A stretch of 64,000 bases of DNA, from contig CAZVDL010000002.1 in assembly GCA_964626365.1 (NCBI GenBank), positions 19,966 through 83,965 on the forward strand, in the 5' to 3' direction. Below, one piece after another: positions 55,968 through 64,000 of this stretch (position 1 is its first letter; every line of letters begins with the position of its first letter). Source of the DNA: an uncultured Nitrososphaerota archaeon (GTDB lineage Archaea > Thermoproteota > Methanomethylicia > Nezhaarchaeales > B40-G2). Made by a program: the position numbers and the translations under genes. The notes below the pieces were generated by a model. That model did not search any database, was not told the DNA's origin, and worked only from the letters and a program-made list of their open reading frames with translations.

Positions 55968-56684
55968 TCACTCTCTCCCTCTCGTAGAGAGTATTCGTAG
56001 CCACGGATTGTCCTTAAAGAAGGAGGGCAGCTCACTTGGCGGGGCCTCTTCTCTTAGCGGGGTAGCCTCCACCATGGGTTTATGCTCTCTTCTCATCTCC
56101 GACAGCATGCTTTCAAGGGACGCGATCTTATCCAGTATGGAGGTTAATGATGAGAGCAGCCTCCTTAAGCCGTCCTCTAAGTTGGCTCTAAGCTCCGCGA
56201 CCTCACCCTCAAGCCTATTGACCCTGAAGGCCAGCTCCTCATCTACGGGCTTAGCCAGCGTTTCATGCCCTGTTTCTAGCCTTCTTACCTTCTCCTCTAG
56301 AGCGCTAAGTTGTCTTCTCAGCTCCTCGAGCCCCCTTAAGTTGAGGGTCATTCTTCTCTTAGCAGGGGTGGCTTCGAGGACCTGGCCATCCACTATTAAC
56401 ATGCCCACTCCAACCTCGTGGAGTATAGAGGCGTCGACGACGGTGGCTATAGGCTTACTGACAGCTACGTAGGCTAAATCGTAGCCGTCTGTGGATGAAG
56501 CCCTTAACAGTCTTCTTAAAGCCTCTCCACGGGCTTTTAGGGCCTCTTCGTCGATTAAGTAGACAGCCACCCTTCCGCTAGGCCCTTTAAAGCTTAAGCT
56601 GGGACCCTGAGGAGGTGGGGGCTCCTCCACGTATCCCTTAAGTTGAAAGTATCTTCTGACGGCTTCAGCTATCGCTCTAGTCAT
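55968..56684 (-). CDS. Coiled-coil protein immediately downstream of crenactin (candidate arcadin-2-like crenactin partner)
   Basis: An N-terminal alpha/beta segment is followed by a long heptad-repeat region. It overlaps the crenactin start by 8 nt. The arcadin-2 assignment is positional inference only. Confidence 0.4.
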   Translation of the reverse strand: MTRAIAEAVRRYFQLKGYVEEPPPPQGPSLSFKGPSGRVAVYLIDEEALKARGEALRRLLRASSTDGYDLAYVAVSKPIATVVDASILHEVGVGMLIVDGQVLEATPAKRRMTLNLRGLEELRRQLSALEEKVRRLETGHETLAKPVDEELAFRVNRLEGEVAELRANLEDGLRRLLSSLTSILDKIASLESMLSEMRREHKPMVEATPLREEAPPSELPSFFKDNPWLRILSTRGRE

Positions 56685-57948
56685 GAATCCTTAGCCATCC
56701 CTCCATCCTATCCCAAGACCAGGAGTAGTCTTCAGGTACCGCGTAGCCGTAGATAATGCAGCCCCTCCACACGCTGAACTTAGGCTCAGGGGCTACGTCT
56801 ACGCTTACGCCCTCAATGCCTTTTTCGCTTAGTAACAGCTTTAATTTAGTGGCTGAGTCGACTGCTAACTCCCTGTACTGTTGAGGGGCTTTCCAGTGGA
56901 AGTTACCTCCGGAGAGCAGGATTTTTCCGTAGAGGTATGGTTGTAGCTCCACGGGGCACTTCTCTACAGCCTCTAGGACGGCCTCGCCTAGGTCCAGCAT
57001 GCCCCTGAATAACACGTCGCCAACCTTGACGTCCTTGGGCTTAGGCATACCTCGCTTGAAATAGCTCTCGAAGATTTCATGTTTAGGGTTGAACACGTAC
57101 TCGCCGATCAAGAATCTGGCCCAGGACTCCTTGCCTAGGTCTATCTCGATGCGGGTCCCAGGCACCCTATACCTAGCCCTGAAGGATTCGGGGTCGCTTT
57201 TTGCCCTTCTAACCGCTTCATCCAGGTTGCGTGGAATTAGCCCTAGCTCCTCCTTCACCTTCCTAACGAGGGCCTCCTCCTTGGCTAAATCGCCGTAGCC
57301 AGCGTCGTATAGAATTTGGCTTGTCAACATATCGGCGTCGCTCCCCCCTCTATTTAGCACGACCATGGCTGTCTTAATCGGGTATCTTGATATGGGACAT
57401 ACCTGCGTATTGCCGTGTCCGCTCTCTATGACTACGCAGGTCGGCACCTTGTGGGCGATGGCTACTGCTAATGGCTGAGGTATTATGGTCACTGCCTTCA
57501 CTAGTCCAGTCTCTTCAGCTATCCTTACGTGTATGTCGAAGATCTTCTCATACATGTAGCGTGGAGCTATGGCTGAGAGGGCGGCGCACACATAGAACCC
57601 CTTAAACTCTGCCTCGCTGCGCCTAAACATTTCAAGCCCATACTTGGTTATCTCGTAAATGACCTTCCACGCCTTCTCGTCGTCCTTCCCCACGATGCCG
57701 TTCCTCATCGGGTAAACCATACGCGAAGCTAGTTCCTCCCTTGACCCCAAGTAGAGAGCTAGGTCCCTTCCGACGACCACCTCTTTAGCTGTACCCATCA
57801 ACCTATACATTATTGATGAGGTGTCGGGGAAGTATCCTCGGTTCTCTATCACCTCGGGCCTCTCGCCTAACGTTATGGGCCCGAACTTATAATCGCTAGT
57901 CCCGTAATCCTCCCCAAAGGTGTACTTACGCTTATAAGCCTCACTCAA
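56677..57948 (-). CDS. Crenactin (archaeal actin homolog of Thermoproteales)
   Basis: It has an actin-fold phosphate-2 motif VIESGHGNTQVCPI (compare actin DSGDGVTHNVPI) and an adenosine motif ILLSGGNFHWKAPQ (compare actin LSGGTTM). At 423 aa its size matches crenactin. Confidence 0.7.
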   Translation of the reverse strand: MSEAYKRKYTFGEDYGTSDYKFGPITLGERPEVIENRGYFPDTSSIMYRLMGTAKEVVVGRDLALYLGSREELASRMVYPMRNGIVGKDDEKAWKVIYEITKYGLEMFRRSEAEFKGFYVCAALSAIAPRYMYEKIFDIHVRIAEETGLVKAVTIIPQPLAVAIAHKVPTCVVIESGHGNTQVCPISRYPIKTAMVVLNRGGSDADMLTSQILYDAGYGDLAKEEALVRKVKEELGLIPRNLDEAVRRAKSDPESFRARYRVPGTRIEIDLGKESWARFLIGEYVFNPKHEIFESYFKRGMPKPKDVKVGDVLFRGMLDLGEAVLEAVEKCPVELQPYLYGKILLSGGNFHWKAPQQYRELAVDSATKLKLLLSEKGIEGVSVDVAPEPKFSVWRGCIIYGYAVPEDYSWSWDRMEGWLRIHD

Positions 57949-58047
57949 AACTCTCCTCCCTTCCCATCAAGGACTATCGGAATAGCGATTTAAACCTATC
58001 CTAGCAAAAATATAATTGCTTCTTGAGGAGCTACTCTAGGGAGATCG

Positions 58048-58341
58048 GTGGCTAAGCTTAAGGCCTCATTAACTAGGCTCGTCAAGTTGAGCCTAGACCC
58101 CATGGAGCTAATAGATGACTCAACCGCCTACGTTAAGTTAAGAGACTTGACGTCCAAGTTTACGGAAGTACTCGTAGAGATTGATCAGATATTTGTGAGA
58201 GCCATGAAGGACAACGAGAGGATATCCCTTGTTGTAAGAGGCTGGTCTCTTACTCCTGCATTAACGGTTACCATGGACAAAGAGGAAGCAAGAAGACTGT
58301 TGAATGAGCTTTTAGGCCTCTTAGAAAACTTGAAAACCTAG
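58048..58341 (+). CDS. Small hypothetical protein divergent from crenactin
   Basis: A 97-aa ORF with no recognisable motif. Confidence 0.3.
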   Translation: MAKLKASLTRLVKLSLDPMELIDDSTAYVKLRDLTSKFTEVLVEIDQIFVRAMKDNERISLVVRGWSLTPALTVTMDKEEARRLLNELLGLLENLKT

Positions 58342-58431
58342 GCAGCATGCCAAGGACTAAATGATGGGTTTTCGTAGAGCTGGGGTCGATGTAATTAAAA
58401 CGGCGCCAACCACGTGGAACCTGGGGGTATA

Positions 58432-58507
58432 AGCCCCGGGCGGGACTTGAACCCGCGATAGACCGCCTTACCAAGGCGGCGCCCTAACCACGCTAGGCGA
58501 CCGGGGC
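58432..58507 (-). tRNA. tRNA-Thr (anticodon GGU)
   Basis: The reverse complement gives GCCCCGG UC GCCU AGCGUGGUUA GGGC G CCGCC UUGGUAA GGCGG ... GCGGG UUCAAGU CCCGC CCGGGGC U. Confidence 0.8.
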
Positions 58508-58519
58508 CTCATTGCTGCT

Positions 58520-59770
58520 TTATTTATCTCGCTTTTTATAAGTTTGACTTTTTCTTAACCTTAAATCGACTCGTTCAGGTAGGTTAAGATCTTCATATTT
58601 ATATGAGCCTAGAATGTTCAATGATATTGAGGAAAGCACGGCGAGCAGGATCACCATGATGACGATAAACGAATACAACTCTCTTGTTATGACTTCTAGA
58701 GCTAGGGCAAGAGATAGTATGGCCAGCTCTACGCCACCTTTACATAGCTGCCCCATGGTTAGCACTCCAGGTTTTCCTCTTAAAGCTAGGATTCTTGAAC
58801 CAAGGTAACCTCCTAGCAGCTTTCCCGCTAAGATGATTAGCGCGAATGAAACGATGGTTAGGAAGTTGAGTGATAAAAAGTCAAGTGTCACATATAGCCC
58901 TATCCCAGCAAAGAAAATAGGTATGAATATCCCGTAAGCAAAACCCTTAAGTTGTTGTACTGACCTATTTATGATGAAGTCGTCTCTCTTCCTTGAGAGC
59001 ATGAAGCCTAAGATTAAAGCGCCAAAGATACCATGCAAACCGGCCATGACGGCAGCCGCGGAGAATAATAGGATTAAGGTTATTAACGCGGCGAAGGAGG
59101 CCTCCTTCACTTTAAACTTGTTTTCAACCTCTCTAATGATTAATGGTGCAACATGGTAACCAATAAACGCCGCTAACACGAAGAACGCCACTATCTTGAC
59201 AGGTAGGAGGTAGTACCCATTGGCATCTGGGTATAGCATTAACTCCAACGTTATGCTAGCCACTATAAGGCCTAATACCTCACTCAAAATAGCTATGTTA
59301 ATCAAGTTCGCTCCTTCGACGGTGTTCAATAAGTTCAGATCGGTTAAACATCTAACAACAACTCCTATACTTGTAAGCGCCAATACGCTAGCTACTAAGA
59401 CGCTGACAGCCCATTCTTCACCCAAGTAAAATGGAAGAAAGTAGCAGTACATGATAAATGGCACGAGAAACGAAGTAAGGGCAGCTAGAACGTTTTTGGG
59501 GTGTAAGGCCCTGGCTACATTCTTTAAGTCTACTTCCTCAAAGCCTACTAAGAATAGTAATAAATAAATACCTAACGCTATGAAAAGTTTGATTTCAGGA
59601 TTTACGTATAGGATTCCCAGTATCGCTGGGCCTAATATTATTCCAGCTACTATTTCCCCCACGATGACTGGTAGCTTGAACCTAATGAAGACTTCGCCCA
59701 AGACTCTAGAAGCTATTACTAGTATAGCGATTTGAACAAGCGCTAATTCGAAGAAAACTTTCTCGCTCAC
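58520..59770 (-). CDS. Monovalent cation:proton antiporter (CPA1/CPA2 Na+/H+ exchanger family)
   Basis: It has 11-12 TM helices with the typical CPA fold, at 416 aa. Confidence 0.75.
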   Translation of the reverse strand: MSEKVFFELALVQIAILVIASRVLGEVFIRFKLPVIVGEIVAGIILGPAILGILYVNPEIKLFIALGIYLLLFLVGFEEVDLKNVARALHPKNVLAALTSFLVPFIMYCYFLPFYLGEEWAVSVLVASVLALTSIGVVVRCLTDLNLLNTVEGANLINIAILSEVLGLIVASITLELMLYPDANGYYLLPVKIVAFFVLAAFIGYHVAPLIIREVENKFKVKEASFAALITLILLFSAAAVMAGLHGIFGALILGFMLSRKRDDFIINRSVQQLKGFAYGIFIPIFFAGIGLYVTLDFLSLNFLTIVSFALIILAGKLLGGYLGSRILALRGKPGVLTMGQLCKGGVELAILSLALALEVITRELYSFIVIMVILLAVLSSISLNILGSYKYEDLNLPERVDLRLRKSQTYKKRDK

Positions 59771-59837
59771 TATTTAACTACCTTAAGTCTTCACGTTACA
59801 ACAAACTTGTCTTTAAACTTAACTCTAGTAGTTATGG

Positions 59838-59922
59838 TGCGGGGGGTGGGATTTGAACCCACGAAGGCCTACGCCACGAGGTCCTGAACCTCGCGCCTTT
59901 GACCTGGCTCGGCCACCCCCGC
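59838..59922 (-). tRNA. tRNA-Leu (anticodon CAG), long variable arm, no intron
   Basis: The reverse complement gives GCGGGGG...CGAGG UUCAGGA CCUCG, a 14-nt variable arm, GUGGG UUCAAAU CCCAC CCCCCGC A. Confidence 0.8.
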
Positions 59923-60251
59923 AACCTCAAAACTAGGTTTACCTGCTAGCTAGAATATAGTTTTCGTGGTTAGAGAATTCAATTTAACCTACCCTAAGCT
60001 ACTTTGTGGGTTGAAGGGGGAGGGCTCTACCTTCTTCTCCTCTGCTTCCAGGGCAATCCGCCCATTATCACTCTTCTGAAATAGTTCTTCCTCGTCCTCT
60101 TCCTTGGAAACGAGTTTTTCCTAGGTTTAGCTGGTATTTTGGGTGTTGCAGCCCTCACCTTTCCAGCTTTAGTTAGTGATCCGTGGCTGGGCATATTTCA
60201 TTCACCACCTGTAAGGTGAATCTGGCTTCTCCCACATAAACTTATTGCCGT

Positions 60252-61067
60252 TCACCTCTCAATTTCCACCTTCAATCCAGCAGCATTCCTCCTATATCTT
60301 CCAAGCTCAGCTATCCTAGTCAAAACCTCTAATGGGAAAACAGGTCCATCTCTGCAAACCCTCAATCCAACTGGATCTAAAATGCATGAACCGCAAATTC
60401 CAATAGCGCACTTAACATATCTTTCAAGCAGTGCTTGCATGTGAACCCCATACTTAACAGCCAATTCAACTACTTTGACGATCATGAGCTCAGGCCCACA
60501 TACATACATTTCATCAAACTTCTCCCTAGACAAAATGCGCTCAACTAGTTCGGATATATAGCCCTTAAAGCCCATGGAGCCATCATCAGTTGAAATGTAA
60601 AGCCTAATTCTACCCTCATCCCTCAGCCTCTCCAGCTCTCCTAGGAAAAGCAGTTCATCAGCACTCCTAGCACCATTAACCACGGCCACCGAGCACCCCT
60701 CATCAACGAGCACCTTAACTAGAGGCATTAGAGGAGCCATGCCAGTTCCACCACCAACAACGAGGGCTCTCCCATCAACTACCCTAAATCCGTTACCATA
60801 AGGCCCCCTCACACCAATGAAGTCCCCAACCCCAAGTCTATGAAGCGCCCTAGTAGCATCACCAACAGCATGAACTGTAAACGATATTCTGGGGGGATCA
60901 ATTTTGGATAGGCCCATTGGAATCTCATCTACACCTGGAATCCAAACCATAATGAACTGGCCAGGCCTAGCCCTCCCAGCAATACTCGGACACTTAACCG
61001 TAAACGTCTTCCTATCCCTAGCCTCATCAACAACTCTCTCAATCCTACAGATAACTGGCCTATGCAT
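60252..61067 (-). CDS. pyrK: Dihydroorotate dehydrogenase electron-transfer subunit (PyrK; FAD/NAD-binding + 2Fe-2S)
   Basis: It has a ferredoxin-reductase-type fold and a C-terminal CAIGICGSC cluster. It is upstream of and co-oriented with pyrD. I place the start at an internal Met. Confidence 0.8.
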   Translation of the reverse strand: MHRPVICRIERVVDEARDRKTFTVKCPSIAGRARPGQFIMVWIPGVDEIPMGLSKIDPPRISFTVHAVGDATRALHRLGVGDFIGVRGPYGNGFRVVDGRALVVGGGTGMAPLMPLVKVLVDEGCSVAVVNGARSADELLFLGELERLRDEGRIRLYISTDDGSMGFKGYISELVERILSREKFDEMYVCGPELMIVKVVELAVKYGVHMQALLERYVKCAIGICGSCILDPVGLRVCRDGPVFPLEVLTRIAELGRYRRNAAGLKVEIER

Positions 61068-61071
61068 GCAT

Positions 61072-61995
61072 CTACCTCCCATGAGCATAGCCTATGAGTT
61101 CATCTAAGCTGCCAAACCCCTTCCTCTCCATAAACTCCACGACCCCTTCAATTAGCTCTCTAAAAATATTCAAGTCCCTAACTGCAATTCCAGAAGCCAC
61201 CTGAACGGCGCTTGCACCAGCCATGAAGAACTCCACTGCATCACTCCAAGAAACAATTCCCCCAACACCAATCACGGGTATGCTGAGCTCCCTATAAAGC
61301 TCATAAACGCATCTGACGGCTATGGGCTTAATAGCCCTACCACTCAATCCACCAAAAACATTGGATAGCACTGGCCTCCCAAGCTCAATATCGATCACCA
61401 AAGCCCTCAAAGTATTGATCGCAGTAACACCATCAGCACCAGCTCGCTCAGCAGCCCTACCAATCTCAACTATATTCGTGACCTCAGCTGAAAGCTTAGC
61501 AAATACTGGAACAGAAACAGTGCTCTTAACAGTGCTCACAACCTCATAGGTTTTCTCTGGATCCTGAGAGAACTGAAGCAATCCACCGGCATGAGGGCAT
61601 GAGAGGTTGAGCTCAATAGCATCAGCACCAGCCTCCTCCAATCTATGAGCAACCAAAGCATACTCATCTGCCGTAGAGCCGAAAACTGAAGCTATGACAG
61701 GTACACCACCCTCCTTAGCAATCCGCAGCTCCTCAATAAATGCATCAACACCCGGATTCGGCAACCCCATCGCATTAACAAAGCCGCAGTCAACCTCCAC
61801 AATTGTAGGATTCAAGTAACCCTCCCTCGGCCTCAACCCAATAGACTTAGTCACAACCGCACCTGCACCAGCCATTGCAACCCTCTTCAAAATTGAGCCA
61901 GCATTACCGAGAACACCGGAAGCAAGCATGAATGGATTTCTAAGCCTCAAAGAAGCAATCTTGGCAGTCAAATCTACGCTCAACCTTGCCCTCAC
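61072..61995 (-). CDS. pyrD: Dihydroorotate dehydrogenase catalytic subunit (class 1B)
   Basis: It has an FMN-binding TIM barrel with the active-site Cys region (NLSCPHAG). Confidence 0.85.
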   Translation of the reverse strand: MRARLSVDLTAKIASLRLRNPFMLASGVLGNAGSILKRVAMAGAGAVVTKSIGLRPREGYLNPTIVEVDCGFVNAMGLPNPGVDAFIEELRIAKEGGVPVIASVFGSTADEYALVAHRLEEAGADAIELNLSCPHAGGLLQFSQDPEKTYEVVSTVKSTVSVPVFAKLSAEVTNIVEIGRAAERAGADGVTAINTLRALVIDIELGRPVLSNVFGGLSGRAIKPIAVRCVYELYRELSIPVIGVGGIVSWSDAVEFFMAGASAVQVASGIAVRDLNIFRELIEGVVEFMERKGFGSLDELIGYAHGR

Positions 61996-62046
61996 AAAAA
62001 TACTGTATAAAAGCTTTAAAGGGTTGCTGAGAATATCCTCAACGGT

Positions 62047-63285
62047 GTGGATATGAGCTCAATGAGAAATTCAGATGAGAGCAAAGTATACCTAGTCGAC
62101 ACGGCATTCGCAGTCTTCGCCTGCAGTGAGGATGGATCAATCATCGACTACGAGAAGCTGCCCACTGAGGTTGATGAAGCCGCATCAAAGCTACTAAGCC
62201 TCGAGCGGGGAGAGCTCATCGAGGAAATGGAAAAGCTCTGCGGGAAAATGGCGTCTAAAGGAGTGAAGCTATTCATAGTTGAAGACGAATCCCTAGCCAC
62301 AGCTCTCAGAGAGAAGCTCGGAGTCCAAGTATCAGTTGAACAGGCAAACCCTGCTGCAAGGAAAATTAGAGCTCAGCTAGAAGAGCTAGTAGTCAAGCTT
62401 CAACTAAGAAGCTCAACCGTTGAAGCCCACGATTTCATATACTCCGTTTCAATGGCCATGACGAGGAGGAAGCTGAGAGAAGCAGCTGAAAAAAGAGATT
62501 TACTAGTAGCACAAGCAGTAAATGCAATAGACGATCTAAATAAGTCAATAAACCTGCTAGTTTCAAGGCTGAGGGAATGGTATTCAGTGCATTTTCCAGA
62601 GCTAAACGACATGGTTAGAGACCACGAAGTATACGTCAAGCTAGTATCATCAATAGGTCTGAGAGGCAACTACACAGCTGAGGCACTAACCAAGCTAGAC
62701 ATGCCGAAAGGGAAGGCCAAGAAAATAGCTAGAGCAGCAGAAAACTCAATTGGAGCAGACATAGCGGAGTTCGACGTCAAGCCAATGATGGCCCTATCAG
62801 CCATAATAGAGAAAATGTATGAGCTCAGAGGGCTTATAGAAGACTACATAGACCAGACAATGGATGAAGTAGCACCGAACATTAAGGGACTAGTAGGCTC
62901 ACTCATAGGTGCAAGACTAATAGCCCTAGCAGGAGGCCTAGATGAACTCGCAAAGCTCCCAGCAAGCACTATACAGGTACTTGGAGCAGAAAAAGCCCTA
63001 TTCAGAGCCCTGAGAACTGGAGCCAAACCACCAAAGCATGGAGTGATATTCCAGTGCCCAGAAGTCCATAGAGCACCAAGATGGCAGAGAGGTAAAATTG
63101 CCAGAGCTCTCGCAGGAAAGCTTGCCATAGCAGCTAGAGTAGATGCTTTCACCGGAACATACATAGTAGACGAGCTTAAAGAGGACTTGAAGAAGAGGAT
63201 CGAAGAAATAAAGAGGATATATGCCAAGCCACCTAAGAGAGCTGAAGTGAGGGTCTCAAGGAGAAGGCGTAGAAAGAGGAGGTGA
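62047..63285 (+). CDS. nop5: C/D-box snoRNP protein Nop5 (Nop56/58)
   Basis: It has Nop and NOSIC domains and a KR-rich C-terminal tail. It lies directly upstream of fibrillarin. Confidence 0.85.
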   Translation: MDMSSMRNSDESKVYLVDTAFAVFACSEDGSIIDYEKLPTEVDEAASKLLSLERGELIEEMEKLCGKMASKGVKLFIVEDESLATALREKLGVQVSVEQANPAARKIRAQLEELVVKLQLRSSTVEAHDFIYSVSMAMTRRKLREAAEKRDLLVAQAVNAIDDLNKSINLLVSRLREWYSVHFPELNDMVRDHEVYVKLVSSIGLRGNYTAEALTKLDMPKGKAKKIARAAENSIGADIAEFDVKPMMALSAIIEKMYELRGLIEDYIDQTMDEVAPNIKGLVGSLIGARLIALAGGLDELAKLPASTIQVLGAEKALFRALRTGAKPPKHGVIFQCPEVHRAPRWQRGKIARALAGKLAIAARVDAFTGTYIVDELKEDLKKRIEEIKRIYAKPPKRAEVRVSRRRRRKRR

Positions 63286-63290
63286 GCTAA

Positions 63291-63983
63291 ATGGCGAAAA
63301 TATATCCACATGAAAAGTTTGAGGGAGTCTACTGGATTGAACTCGAAGATGGATCCAAGAGGCTTGCAACAGTAAATCTAGCACCTGGATTCAAAGTGTA
63401 TGGCGAGCCCCTCATAAAGCATGAGGGAACCGAGTATCGAATGTGGAATGCCTATAGAAGCAAGCTGGCAGCAGCAATTCTAAAGGGAGTAGGCGAAGTA
63501 CCCATAAAGCCTGGATCAAAGATCCTATATTTAGGAGCTGCAACCGGAACAACTGCAAGCCATGTAAGCGACATAGTCGGCCCTAAAGGGAAAGTGTACT
63601 GCGTTGAATTCGCACCGAGAGTTGTCAGGGAGCTTATAACTGTCTGCGAGCACAGAAGGAACATGATACCAATACTAGCAGATGCAAGGCATCCAAACCT
63701 CTATAGAGCCCTAGTGCCAGAAGTAGATGTAATATACTGCGATGTAGCCCAGCCCGAGCAGGCAAAGCTCCTAGCAGATAACGCGGACATGTTCCTTAAG
63801 AGCGGTGGAGGAATAATGCTGGCAATAAAGGCTAGAAGCGTAGATGTAACCCTAGAGCCATCGGAAGTCTATAAGAGGGAAATGGACACCCTCAAGAAAA
63901 GGGGATTCGAAATAGTCAGCACAGTACACTTGGAACCATTCGACAAGGCACATGCAATGGTAGTAGCCAAGTTCGAGAAGTAG
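63291..63983 (+). CDS. flpA: Fibrillarin (rRNA/tRNA 2'-O-methyltransferase)
   Basis: It has a SAM-binding motif [17 protein letters not shown] and the conserved fibrillarin fold, at 230 aa. Confidence 0.9.
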   Translation: MAKIYPHEKFEGVYWIELEDGSKRLATVNLAPGFKVYGEPLIKHEGTEYRMWNAYRSKLAAAILKGVGEVPIKPGSKILYLGAATGTTASHVSDIVGPKGKVYCVEFAPRVVRELITVCEHRRNMIPILADARHPNLYRALVPEVDVIYCDVAQPEQAKLLADNADMFLKSGGGIMLAIKARSVDVTLEPSEVYKREMDTLKKRGFEIVSTVHLEPFDKAHAMVVAKFEK

Positions 63984-64000
63984 AGAGAGTTCGAAAGCCA

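Noticed and set aside
55703-56035. A 110-aa minus-strand ORF overlapping both the arcadin-2-like gene 3' end and the rpiA 5' end.
   Set aside because: It overlaps both neighbours in alternative frames. Only a short C-terminal CPEDG...CAKCP segment could be a real mini-protein, and the evidence for that is insufficient.
1-64000. A search for CRISPR arrays, IS transposases, integrase genes and rRNA.
   Set aside because: I saw no regularly spaced direct-repeat array, no DDE or serine/tyrosine-recombinase-like ORF and no rRNA-like sequence. The only repeats found are the trkH 54-mer pair and the inverted paralog patches.

Overview
This 64 kb window looks like a chromosomal segment from a crenarchaeon of the order Thermoproteales (Pyrobaculum, Thermoproteus, Thermofilum and relatives). 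Three things support that. First, it encodes a crenactin-type archaeal actin next to a coiled-coil protein that fits arcadin-2. Second, four of its eight tRNA genes carry introns, some at non-canonical positions (D-loop, T-loop, and inside the anticodon stem). Third, it carries topoisomerase VI and the core C/D-box snoRNP proteins Nop5 and fibrillarin, on a genome of roughly 52-55 % GC. Most of the window is housekeeping. It includes topoisomerase VI (A and B), a cluster of translation-initiation and ribosome-biogenesis genes (KH protein, RIO kinase, aIF-1A, aIF-2beta), and an S-adenosylmethionine recycling block: two MTA/SAH-deaminase-like amidohydrolases in inverted orientation around SAH hydrolase, with a kinase and an APS kinase alongside. 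It also includes MetRS, a MiaB-like methylthiotransferase, a MoaD-like protein, superoxide reductase plus rubrerythrin, MgtE, TrkH, a CPA antiporter, PyrK/PyrD, and Nop5/fibrillarin. Two redox clusters stand out. One encodes FwdB-like, HdrA-MvhD, polyferredoxin, HdrC and HdrB (32-37 kb). The other is a five-gene molybdoenzyme locus of the Psr/Phs/Sre type (38.6-44.4 kb), followed by a TFB-like protein that consists only of cyclin repeats. The accessory or otherwise interesting signals are listed in the findings: a low-GC islet beside tRNA-Gln with a LAGLIDADG endonuclease, identical inverted patches between the amidohydrolase paralogs, a 54 bp trkH duplication, a KaiC-like ATPase with a small overlapping partner, a PadR-linked ABC export module, and a decayed methyltransferase next to tRNA-Leu. 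I found no CRISPR array, no recognisable IS transposase and no rRNA.
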